From NCBI RefSeq assembly GCF_006345805.1, contig NC_043020.1, forward strand, positions 1,426,001 to 1,490,000: a DNA stretch of 64,000 nt, read 5' to 3'. The translations under genes and the position numbers were made by a program. The stretch is from Octopus sinensis (taxonomy: Eukaryota). The stretch's first letter is position 1. Every line of letters starts with the position of its first letter. Of the stretch, positions 14,248 through 25,946 are shown one piece after another. The notes under the pieces were generated by a model. That model ran no database searches, was not told the origin of the DNA, and was given only the letters and a program-made list of their open reading frames with translations.

Positions 14248-14805
14248 TATTACTGGCAGAATCATTAGCATGTCAGAAAATATTTTGTGTCTTTTTGTCT
14301 GTTCTTAGATTCAAAGGTCAACTTGACCTTTCATCCTTTGTGGGGTCAATAAAATAAGTACTAGTTGAGCACTGGCATCAATGTAATTGACTTATCCCCT
14401 TCTGAACTTGCTGGCCTTGTTCCAAAATTTGAAACCATTATTATTAAATAGCAAGCGGGTATTCTTCTACTATAGCCTCGGTTCGGCCAAAGTTTTGTGA
14501 GTGGACTTGGTAGACGGAAACTGAAAGAAGCCCATGTATGTGTGTGTTTGTCCCTCCAACATCGCTTGACAACCGAAGCTTTGTTTCTCCAGGAAGAAAA
14601 TGGAATGTTGCATTGCTTCAGATTGTCTTTTAGTTTGTCTTTGAAGTGAAAGAGTAGCCTCCCACCTGACCTTCCTCTTAGGAATTGGCCAATGGGAAGT
14701 TACTTTGGAATTCTGATATCAATCTGAGATGGTAGTAGAAGACCTTTGCCAAAGGCAAAACATATGGGACTACACCTGAGGCTGCATGGTTGAGAAGCAA
14801 GCTTC

Positions 14806-15274
14806 TTAACCCTTTCGTTACTATATTTCTGTTGAGATGCTCTGTGTTTCTTTCAATTATTTAAAATGTAACAAAGAATTTAAAGATTCGAGCGAGGTCA
14901 TTGCCAGTACTGCTTGACTGGTCCCCCGTGCTGGTAGCACGTAAAAAGCACCCACTACACTCATGGAGTGGTTGGCGTTAGGAAGGGCACCCAGCTGTAG
15001 AAACTCTGCCAGATCAAGATTGGGGCCTGGTGCAGCCATCTGGTTCGCCAGCCCTCAGTCAAGATCGTCCAACCCACGCTAGCATGGAAAGCAGACGTTA
15101 AACGATGATGATGATGAATTTTGTAAAATAACTTAGTTATCATTCAGCTAGTATTAGGAACATAAATTGTGACTAAGGTTTGGTGGAAGATTTTAATCCA
15201 AAACTTATGAAAACAAAACATTTGTATTACAGAGCCAGAGCTGGTTTCAGCCGGGTTGGTAATGAAAGGGTTAA
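14806..15274 (+). mobile_element. TTAA-flanked piggyBac-type MITE (family F) carrying a SINE insertion
   Basis: TTAA-CCCTTTCGTTAC...GTAATGAAAGGG-TTAA. The SINE at 14882-15115 is flanked by a GAATTT duplication. Confidence 0.85.
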
Positions 15275-16236
15275 TAGGACAATCTCACCTGCAGCTACAT
15301 AAGTGTGTGTGTGTGTGTGTGTGTGTTGAACCTATTAAAACAATTATTCTCTGTAGGAATTTTGTTAAAAGTACATATCAGAAAACCTAAGCCACCCTAC
15401 TCTGGAATACAAGCGTTTCGGTTGACTGAACAACTGGAATACTTATTGTGTCAAACTTGACCGCAAGTCCTTTTACACGCTTACCTGCAAATTCAATTTG
15501 TGACCTTGCAGGGTGAGGCGGCAAAATGAAATTGTGACCTAGTTTTAGATCTAATTCATTGCTCTTATTCTTCACGTGAAGCCTGTTATTAATAAATAAT
15601 ACTCTTCAGTAAAGATGACATCAACCCCCATCTTTTCCTACCTTTCCTGAAATTATAAAACGTTAATGGCTTCGTTATTAAGGCTGTCAATTAACCTCGT
15701 CTTGGATACTTCTTTCTCCCGCTTCACTCCCTGCTACACTTATTACCTGTAAAACACTTCAACACTTGGATTACTCTATCAAATATTCTTCTGTTCTTTT
15801 ACTTGTTTCAGTCATTTGACTGCGGCCATGCTGGAGCAGTACCTTAAAGGGTATTAGATGAGCAAATTAACCCCAGGACTTATTCGTTTGTAAGTCTAGT
15901 ACTTATTCTATCAGTCTGTTTTGCCGAATCACTAAGTTACCGGGACGTAAACACACCAGCATCGGTTGTCAAGCGATGTTGGGGACACATACATATACAT
16001 GATGGGCTTCTTTCAGTTTTCGTCTACCAAATCCACTCACAAGGCTTTGGTCAGCCCGAGGCTATAGTAGAAGACACTTGCTCAAGGTGCCACGCAGTGG
16101 GACTGAACCTGAAACCATGTGGTTCATAAGCAAGCTACTTACCACACAGCCACTCCTAAGCCTATATGATTTTTTTGTCTTTTTTTTATTGATATTTTTA
16201 TTAAACACCTTTTTTTTTTTTTTTTCTTTATTATAG

Positions 16237-16402
16237 CTAATCTTCCCATATGTGAAGGTGGATTGCAAATACTTCGATTTGGGTCTTCCACACCGAGATG
16301 CCACCGATGACCAGGTCACTATTGATTCTGCCCATGCCATCTTGAAGTACAATGTCGGGATTAAATGTGCTACTATCACTCCGGACGAGGCTCGAGTGGA
16401 AG
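16237..16402 (+). CDS. IDH2: IDH2 exon (166 nt): [55 protein letters not shown]
   Basis: T-tract with TAG acceptor; GTCAGT donor; [11 protein letters not shown] motif; frame continuous with neighbouring exons. Confidence 0.98.
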
Positions 16403-16819
16403 GTCAGTTTTAATATCATCATCATCATCATCCGCTTTCCATGCTATTTTGGGTTGGACGATTTTGACTGAGGGCTGGCGAACCAGATGGCTGCACCAGG
16501 CTCCAATCTTGATCTGGCAGAGTTTCTACAGCTGGATGTCCTTCCTAATGCCAACCACTTCGAGAGTGTAGTGGGTGCTTTTCACGTGCCACCGGCATAT
16601 ATTCTAGCTAAATCTCCTGGCTGCTTAGTGAAGGGATTTGTAGAATTAATGCCAGTCTTGTGTTATGAGTTGATTGAACAGTTTGAAGCGTAAACCAATA
16701 TGAAATTTTGAAGGAAGATTTAAATTTAGACAACAATTGCAGCGTAGAAGGTGTTTATAGGACATTTAAGAAACACACAAAAACTCAACATTTCAATTCA
16801 CTTCAACATTTAAATTTAA

Positions 16820-16870
16820 TTTGTCAAAATATTTTCGTTGCTTTAAGACCACAACCTGTTCACTGACAAA
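16820..16870 (-). ncRNA. Minimal type-I hammerhead-like fold with G3:C8-swapped core
   Basis: Minus strand: UUUGUCA-GUGAACA-G-GUUGU(loop)GCAAC-GAAA-AUAU-U-U-UGACAAA. 7-bp stem I, 4-5-bp stem II, palindromic AAUAUU stem III. Confidence 0.6.
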
Positions 16871-17313
16871 ATATTTTGGCAAATTAGATTCACTCCAATA
16901 TTTAAATTTAACGGTTTTTGTGTGTTTCTTAAATGGCTTATAAACAACTGCCACGCTGCAACTGTTTTCGTTCCAGCACACGATCTCAGATCAGGTCACT
17001 TGCTATGCAAGTACATCTCCGTAATTTAAATCTAGATTACTTTCAAACAGGAAATTTTGTATCGCAGAGCCAAGAGCAGTCTCAAACCTGTTATCAAAAG
17101 GTTTGACCCTTCAGCATTTAGACCTGCCAGGAAAGTTGGTATCGAATGAAGTCAAATTACCGTCTTTAAATTTATAGATTTTACCAGGATTTAATGCAAT
17201 TTGCATTTAGTCAGACTAATTTTTACCAATTCCAGTTGACGCCACATCCTTGCTGCTCACCTGAGTTACCTGACATTAATCAACCATTCTATTTTCTCTC
17301 TTCTCTTACTTAG

Positions 17314-17474
17314 AATTCAGCCTCAAGAAAATGTGGCTGAGTCCCAATGGTACCATAAGAAATATCTTAGGTGGCACCGTTTTCCGTGAGCCAATTCTTT
17401 GCAAGACTATCCCTCGTCTTGTACCTGGATGGACCCAAGCTATTACAATTGGCAGACACGCCCATGGTGATCAG
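17314..17474 (+). CDS. IDH2: IDH2 exon (161 nt): [54 protein letters not shown]
   Basis: TAG acceptor; GTAAGA donor. Contains the isocitrate-binding arginines; GRHAHGDQ is the IDH2-type motif (vertebrate IDH1 has GRHAYGDQ). Confidence 0.98.
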
Positions 17475-17741
17475 GTAAGAACGTACATTATTGTTGTTCA
17501 GCTCCAGGTCAAGTCTTGGTTAGACTTGGCCTTATTTCGGTTAGACTTGGTCTATGTTGTAAAGTATTATTGTTCTGGGTGCAGGCATTGCTATGTTGCT
17601 ATGTAGCAAGAAGTTTGCTTCCCAACCACATGGTTCTGGGTTCAATACCACTATGTGGCACTTTGGACAAGTCTTCTTTAACACCAGGCCAAGCAAATCT
17701 TTGTAAGTGGATTTGGTTGACAGAAAGAGAAAGAAGAAAGG

Positions 17742-18069
17742 CGGTGAGCTGGCAGAATCGTTAGCACGCCGGGCGAAATGCTTAGCGGTATTTTGTCTGT
17801 CGTTACGTTCTGGGTTCAAATTCCACCGAGGTCAACTTTGCCTTTCATCCTTTCTGGATCGATAAATTAAGTACCAGTTACACACTGGGGTCGATGTAAT
17901 CGACTTAATCTCTTTGTCCTTGTTTGTCCCCTCTATGTTTAGCCCCTTGTGGGCAATAAAGAAATAGGTATTTTGTCTGCCGTTACGTACTGTGTTCAAA
18001 TTCTACCGAGGTCAACTTTGCCTAACATCCTTTCGGGGTCAACAAATTAAGTACCAGTTACACACTGAG
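17742..18069 (+). mobile_element. SINE family A, dimer
   Basis: Junction at 17967/17968. Confidence 0.9.
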
Positions 18070-18217
18070 GTGTGTAAAAGAAACGTTAAAAACTATATTC
18101 ATTCTGCACTGCAGTGAGACAGAATTGGTAAGCAAAATGTTAAGCAACATAGTTTTCATATATCAACACTTTAAAACACCTAAACATCTGATAGTCTTTG
18201 ACCTTTCTTTATTTCAG

Positions 18218-18358
18218 TATAAAGCAACCGATTTGGTGGTTCCTGGCCCTGGTAAATTGGAAATGGTTTTCACCCCAGAGAATGGTCAAGAGCAAAGAAT
18301 GACAATCTTCAACTTCAAAGCTGGTGGAGTTGGTATGGGAATGTACAACACAGATCAG
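18218..18358 (+). CDS. IDH2: IDH2 exon (141 nt): [47 protein letters not shown]
   Basis: TTTCAG acceptor; GTGTGT donor; catalytic Tyr in YKATD. Confidence 0.97.
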
Positions 18359-19125
18359 GTGTGTAGTTTTATTGTTTTTCTCCTTCTTTTTCCATTCTGT
18401 TTCAGTGACCAGTTTCTCAACTCCGGGTCAAACCCTGGCAATCTTGCTACAATTTAACCTACAAATTTGGATCTGTTGAGTTTTGCTCACAGATTAAAAA
18501 AAATTTTTTTTTTCCTAACTAAACAGTTTGAAACTTCGTATGCTGGTGTAATTTCTCATGCTGAACATGGTTGACTTTCAACATTTTTGACAAAATTTCA
18601 TATTTTAGAAGTTATTTCGTGTTAAAGTTGTCATATTTCGGTAATTTTAACCAATCAACATGTATTCAGTTGAAGAAAGCTATTGCTGTATGCGGTAGTA
18701 ATCGAAGAGGAACAACTTCTGGGTCTTCTCTACTGAATGTCACCACTCTCTTCTATTCGTATGTCAAGCAAAGGGTGAAGGGAAAGTTTTACTCCCTGGT
18801 CATAGCTGACACAAAAGAGCTTTCTTCCTTTCTAGTCAGCACCTTGCATTCCTTACTCTTTCCTTCTCTACTGGTAGATAGTGTCCCAGTGTTCTTGCCA
18901 ATTTTGGTAACTAGCCTAGAAGTTGTTTTCAGCCCTCAGTCAAATCGTCCAACCCATGCTAACATGGAAAGCGGACGTTAAACGATGATGATGATGATTG
19001 ACCTGATGTTACAACCCTCATTACCATTCATAGGCAAAAGCCAATCTCCCCTTTCGGAAAACAAGTATTAAGTAATACAATATGACAGACACTTGCTCAT
19101 AGAATGCCTTACAATTGGACTGAAC

Positions 19126-19578
19126 TTAACTCTTTAGTGTTTAAACCAGCCATACCAGGCCAAATTTTTCTTCCTGTTTTATGCTCAAACCAGCCAGCTC
19201 TGACCTCTCACACCTACCCTACAAAGACATTCTAAAAATAAACAGGGACATCATCAAAATCTGAGTTACAAGATGCTGTGCAACTAATTTAAAACAATGT
19301 AATTAAACAGGCTTTACATTTGACAGATTAACCCTTTTGATACCAACCTGGCTGAAACCGGCTCTTGCTCTGTAGTACAAATGTCTTGTTTTCATAAGCT
19401 TTGAAGTTAAATATTCCACCAAGCCTTAGTCACAATTTACTTTCTTAACACTAGCTGAATGATAACTAAGTTATTTTACTAAATTCTTTTGTTATATTTA
19501 AAGTAATTGAAAGAAACACAGAGTATCTCAAAAGAAATATGGTAACGAAAGGGTTAATCTGAATGCTAAAGGGGTAAA
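19126..19578. mobile_element. MITE family G (19126-19331 and 19558-19578) with family F MITE (19332-19553) nested at a TTAA
   Basis: TTAA duplicated at 19328-19331 and 19554-19557. The host sequence gacaga..tctgaatgc is contiguous in the uninterrupted G copy at 31671-31870. Confidence 0.85.
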
Positions 19579-19691
19579 GTGTGATTGCAAGGTGGGTTTC
19601 TTAACCACACAGCCATACCTGCAAAATATATAAAACCAATACATTGTTGTTCATTTGCCTTTTTTTTTTTTTTTTTTTTTCTGTCTCCTAG

Positions 19692-19828
19692 TCGATCCGT
19701 GACTTTGCCCACGCTTCCTTCCAATATGCCCTGATGAAGAAATGGCCACTTTACATGAGTACCAAAAACACAATCCTCAAGCGCTATGATGGTCGTTTCA
19801 AGGATATCTTTGAAGAAATCTACCAAGC
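19692..19828 (+). CDS. IDH2: IDH2 exon (137 nt): [45 protein letters not shown]
   Basis: T-tract with TAG acceptor; GTAAGT donor; STKNTILK catalytic Lys motif. Confidence 0.98.
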
Positions 19829-20423
19829 GTAAGTTCTTGTTTCTCCTTACATCATCTTCAACTGGGATCAGTCACTGTCTCTTACGTGCAAACACAGCTA
19901 AGATCTCGAGCTTCTTAAGAGGCTTGCCTTGCAACCACATGATTTTGAGTTCAATCCTATTGCACAGCACCTTTTTCTTTTTACTTGTTTCAGTCATTTG
20001 ACTGCAGCCATGCTGGAGCACTGCCTTTAGTCGAGCAAATTGACCCCGGGATTTATTCTTTGTAAGCCCAGTATTTATTCTATCGGTCTCTTTTGCTGAA
20101 CCGCTAAGTTATGGGGACGTAAACACACAGACACATACACACACACACACACATACATATATATATATATTATATATATATATATATATATACGACAGGC
20201 TTCTTTCAGTTTCCATCTACCAAATCCACTCACAAGGCTTTGGTCGGCCCGAGGCTATAGCAGAAGACACTTGCCCAAGGTGCCACGCAGTGGGACTGAA
20301 CCCGGAACTGTGTGGTTGGTAAGCAAGCTACTTACCACACAGCCACTCCTGCACCTCTTTAAATGTCTTATAATATTTTTTTTTAATAATTAAGGCTATA
20401 TGATAAATGCTTTACCATTTCAG

Positions 20424-20575
20424 TGAATATGCCAAGAAATTTGATGACCTTGGAATTTGGTACGAGCACCGTCTCATTGATGACATGGTTGCCCAAGCTC
20501 TTAAATCAAGTGGTGGTTTTGTATGGAGTTGCAAGAACTATGATGGAGATGTACAATCTGATATTGTTGCCCAAG
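20424..20575 (+). CDS. IDH2: IDH2 exon (152 nt): [50 protein letters not shown]
   Basis: CAG acceptor; GTAGGT donor; [11 protein letters not shown] and [10 protein letters not shown] metal-binding motifs. Confidence 0.98.
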
Positions 20576-21021
20576 GTAGGTCACTCATATTTGAATCTAT
20601 GTAAATTCTCTCTCTCCTTTCACTAGCATAAACCACCAAACTGTGGCCATGCTGGAGCACCAGCTTCTCACCCCCAGTACTTTGTCTGCTACTTATATCA
20701 TTGTTCTCAGAATGCAAAACCTGAAGTCAGTGTTGTGAGCCGATGTTGGACACACTGTTATTTGAATGTGCAAGTTTCCTTTTTTTTTTTTTTTTCTCTG
20801 GTAATATAAACATGTATATACCCTAGGTTTGGCATTAGGAAGGGCATCCCACCACAGAAACCAGGCCAAATCAAACTGGAACCTGGTGCACCTCTCCAAC
20901 TTGCTAGCCCTGGTCAAACTGTCCAGCCCATGCCAGCATGGACATTAACCCTTTCATTACCAACCCGGCCGGAACCGGCTCTGGCTCTGTAGTATAAATA
21001 TCTTGTTTTCATAAGTTTTGA

Positions 21022-21288
<267 letters not shown>

Positions 21289-22082
21289 TGAGCTAGCAGA
21301 CTTAATACGTCAGAGAAAATGCTTAGCAACATTTCTTACAGTTCTTGACGTTGTCAAATCCTGCGAGGGTCAACTTTGCCATTATACAAAATACCAGTCA
21401 AGTATTGGGGGTCAATGTAATTAACTTGCCCTTTCCCTTTAATTGCTACCCTTGGCCCCTGCAATGGCATCTCATGCAAGTAGAATATTGCGATCTGTCA
21501 CTTTTGTCATGAAAACTGGGTTACTGGACTCGAGTGAGGGTTGAGGGCACCACATAAGACTTGTTATGCACTCAACACTAGCCAATCAGCTTTCATCGTT
21601 GGTCTTTACCTGTAGAGAGGTTAACAGCTTTGGTAAATCTAATCTTGCACCTGATTAGCTCTTCGTTAACTTTTGGAATGTGTCTTTAGCAAAGTTCACT
21701 CTTCCAACACAGTATGGTTCTATGACTTGATTTTGTAATCCAAAATAGTGTCCATTGATAGAAATCTATTTATTTAGGGTATTCAAATACAAAGAAACGG
21801 GGCGGGGGGGGGGGGCAAAAAAAGAGTGGTATGGAAGAAAAAAAAAGAGGATAAAGCTGCAGAAGATGGCGTGGGTGCGATGGACCACAGAACCGAAAAC
21901 AAGTGGGATGCTCAGCTGCACCGTGCAGTAATGATCACAGTGGCACCGCCACAGAATGGCCGGTGACATTTGCTGTAGCAGCCATTCCACCCTGCAGGGC
22001 TCGTTTCTGACAGGCTGCCGTTGTCCCTATTTTGCAGAGGAAATTGGTAGTACAGGGTCCTAGAACACCTGATGTCTCAACA

Positions 22083-22311
22083 GCCGCGAGCTGGCAGAAA
22101 CGTTAGCACGCCGGGCGAAATGCATAGCCATATTGCGTCTGTCTTCACGTTCTGAGTTCAAATTCCGCCGAGGTCGACTTTGCCTTTCATCCTTTCGGGG
22201 TCAATTAAATAAGTACCAGTTACGCACTGGGGTCGATATAATTGACTCAATCTGTTTGTCTGTCCTTTCTTGTCCCCTCTATGTGTGACCCCTTGTGGGC
22301 AATTAAGAAAT
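22083..22311 (+). mobile_element. SINE family A monomer (representative)
   Basis: Full head and body. Other monomers: 971-1159(-), 5073-5268(+), 6122-6352(-), 9646-9862(-), 27044-27278(+), 27633-27841(-), 49858-50052(+). Older relatives include 296-500, 13730-13915, 14250-14450, 22600-22960 and 28325-28530. Confidence 0.9.
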
Positions 22312-23062
22312 AACAGCAACCAGCACACAAGGCTCTGTATTAACCTTTCTCTCTGTGTTTCGGGCAGTGACACCCAGATTTGCCATCATTGCTACAAGGT
22401 TGGAGCCCAGATAGAATATTCTAGTTGTACAGTGACGAAAGGGTTAATTGTATGTGACTTAGTCTTTCATACCTGGTAGTATTAATTTTATGAACCCTGA
22501 TTTAAAGGTAGTGAATGTGTGTAGTTCTATCATTTCTGCAATCCTATTTGCTTCTTTCATGAATTACTGTTAATGTATTGACTTTGGTAAGGCAACAATC
22601 TAGGAGAATCATTAGCAGACCAGGAAAAGTGCTTAGTAGCATTTCAGTCGTCTTTACGTTCTGAGCAGAAACTCTGCCGAGGTTGGCTTTGCCTTTCATC
22701 CTTTCATGGGCGATAAAATAAGTACCAGTGGACTACTGGGGTCAATGTAATCAGCTATCTTCTTCCTCCAAAATTTGAAACCGAATGGAAACCTGGTAGA
22801 ATCATTATCTCACCAGATAAAATGTTTATTAGCATTTCGTCTGTCTTTACATTCTGAGTTCAAATACTATCAAGGTTTATAAAATAAATACCAATTATGT
22901 AATCAACTTCCCCCTTCCCAAAATTGCAGGCCTTGCGCTGAAATTTGAAACCAAAATGTTGACTCCAGTAATAATTGAACTCGGAACATCAGGACTCTGA
23001 ACTAAACACTGCCATGTATTTAGTGCAAAGGTTTAATGCTTCTCTCTACACGGCCCAAATAA

Positions 23063-23212
<150 letters not shown>

Positions 23213-23718
23213 TGAGTTTGTCTTTTATTATTATTAGTGGCACGTAAATAGCACCCACTACACTTACGGAGTGGTTGGCGTTAGGAAGGGCATCCAGCTG
23301 TTGAAACACTGCCATATCAAGATTGGAGCCTGATGCAGCCTTCTGGCTTCTCAGATCCCCGGTCGAACCGTCCAACCCATGCTAGCATGGAGAACGGACG
23401 TTAAACGGTGATGATGAGTGCCAGCAACAATTAAAAGTGGTTGCTATTAGTAAGGTCATCCAGCCATAGAAACCATGCCAAAACGAACAACTGGGGGAAC
23501 TCTCTGACTGGCCAGCTCCTGTCAAAGCATCCAACCCGTGCCAGCATGGAAAGCAGCCATTTAAATGGTGATATTAAGGTGGCAAGCTGGCAGAATTGTT
23601 AGCAATTTGGGGGAAATGCTTAGTTGTATTTCACTCATCGCTACATTCTGAATTCAAATTCTACAGAGGTGGACTTTGCCTTTCATCCTTTCGGGGTTAA
23701 TAAAATAAGTGCCTGTTG

Positions 23719-23932
23719 TTGTTGTTAAGCAACAAGACAGGTAAGGGTGATTAATTAGGTGATGGTCTAGGGCTTAAGGGGCAGGAGACCTCAGACCTTG
23801 GAGAAAGAAAAAAAAAAGAACTTTGGTTGTCTTGTTGTAGTCGAGGGCTCTTCGTTGACGCCCGGCACCACTGGGAGGTGGCCCTCGAAGTTGCTGGAAA
23901 TGGCGATCTCCAGGTCCAAATTTTTGTACGGC
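23719..23932 (-). mobile_element. 214-bp retroposed insert with a (CAA)n tail inside an older SINE
   Basis: Flanking 14-bp duplication ATAAGT[G/A]CCTGTTG at 23705-23718 and 23933-23946; homologous copy at about 52900-53110 (+). Confidence 0.75.
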
Positions 23933-24186
23933 ATAAGTACCTGTTGAACACTGAGGTCAATGTAATCAACTCACCCCCCCCCCCCCCAACAAAATGGCTT
24001 GCCCTTGTGGCAAAATTTGAAACCATTATTTTGTTTACGGATGGTATATTCTAATCACATGACTGACCAGGCAATCAGATGTTGCACATTACTAGTCACA
24101 ATGGCCTTTTGCATCATTTTAGCCTTCAGACGATGCCCCCCCCCCATATTCTGACACCAATTCTATTTAATGTTTTCCATTTTTAG

Positions 24187-24279
24187 GTTTGCTAATGTCT
24201 TAGAAGCTGCCTGTGTTGAGACTGTTGATGGCGGAAAAATGACCAAAGATTTGGCTGGCTGTATTCATGGCCTTAAGAA
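24187..24279 (+). CDS. IDH2: IDH2 exon (93 nt): [31 protein letters not shown]
   Basis: TAG acceptor; GTAAGT donor; [11 protein letters not shown] motif. Confidence 0.98.
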
Positions 24280-25074
24280 GTAAGTATTTTTTGTTTCCTC
24301 AACTACCCCCACCTGCCCCCTGTATAATAGTTAGCCATGTAGCCCCTCTATAGCCAGATACCCATGCTTGTCCCTCTTACTTCAGTTTCAATATCTGGCA
24401 TAAAGCTACCCACCTCCACCCCTCAAATTCCTCCCATTTAATTAGAGCTTTTTTTCCTGTCGTTAGGCAATTTCACTAGTGCCAGTGACATCCAAAAATG
24501 CACCTGATGCACTCTGTGGGTTTTTTTGTTTGTTTGTTCCTTTTCGAGCCATGCCTGGCTCATAAGGGCCGGTTTCCTTGGCGTATAGGTTCCCCACCTG
24601 GACGGGACGCCGATACGTCGCAGGTGAGCTGCAAGATGCAGGAGGAAAGAGTGAGAGAAAGTTGTGGCGTAAGAGTCAGCAGAAGTTTCGCCATTACCTT
24701 CTGCCGGAGCCACGTGGAGTTTAGGTGTTTCACTCATAAACACACACATCGCCTGGTCTGAGATTCAAACCCACAACTCCTCGGCCGCGAGTCTGCTGCT
24801 CTAACCACTAGGCCATGTGCCTCCACACTCTGTGGTTAGATTTAGGAAGGGCACCCAGTATGTAAAAACTGACATTGAAGCCCAAGACCTTGGAGTTTGG
24901 CAGATCCAGTCAAACTGTCCAACCCTACCAACATAGAATATGTTTTCCTCTTTTGCTTTTAACAATCCAAATTCTTAGAGATAGTTGGCCATTATTTATG
25001 TATTTACTATTTTTTTTCACGATCACCCTCTTCCCCCACCTTACTGTCATATACTACATATTAAGGCAGTGTGT

Positions 25075-25400
25075 TGGTAGAATACTTAGAACGCCGTATT
25101 TCGTCTGCCATTACGTTCTGAGTTCAAATTCCGCTGAGGTCAACTTTGCCTTTCATCCTTTCAGGGTCGATTAAATAAGTACCAGTTACACACTGGAGTC
25201 GATGTAATCGACTTAATCTATTTGTCTGACCTTGTTTGTTCCCTCTGTGTTTAGCCCCTTGTGGGTAGTAAAGAAATAGGTATTTTGCCCATCACTACAT
25301 TCTGAGTTCAAATTCTGCCAAGGTAGACTTTCTTTCATCCTTTCAGGATCAATAAATTAAGTACCAGTAAATCACTGGGGTCAATGTAATTGACTCCTCT
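25075..25400 (+). mobile_element. SINE family A, dimer
   Basis: Junction at 25279/25280; second unit more diverged. Confidence 0.8.
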
Positions 25401-25718
25401 CCCCCCCCCCAAAAAAAAATTTCAGGTCTTGTGCCTATCGTAAAAAGGAATATTGTTGTTATTAAGGTGGCAAACTGGCAGAATTGTTAGCATGCCAGGA
25501 GAAATGCAAGTATCAGTCAAGCACTGATGTAATCACCCAACATCCTCCTCCAAAACTTCAGGCATTGTGTCTATAGCAGACAGCATTACTATTATTATCT
25601 TTCTTTTGACTGCATTCTGGGCCAACCAAAGCATTGAGTGAATTTGGTAGACAGAAACTGAAAGCCTGTCATGTGTGTGTGACCTTTTTGACATTGTGTG
25701 ATGGGCAATGATGAGAGC

Positions 25719-25946
25719 TTAACCCTTTCATTACTGTATTTATCTTGAGATGCTCTGTGTTTCTTTCAATTACTTTAAATATAACAAAGAATTTAGTAAA
25801 ATAACTTAGTTATCATTCAGCTAGTGTTAGGAACATAAATTGTGACTAAGGTTTGGTGGAAGATTTTAATTCAAAACTTATGAAAACAAGACATTTGTAC
25901 TCAGAGCCAGAGCTGGTTTCAGCCGGGTTGGTCAAGAAAGGGTTAA
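25719..25946 (+). mobile_element. Intact family F MITE
   Basis: TTAACCCTTT...AAAGGGTTAA ends; body matches 14806-15274 without the SINE. A partial copy lies at 20945-21050. Confidence 0.85.
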
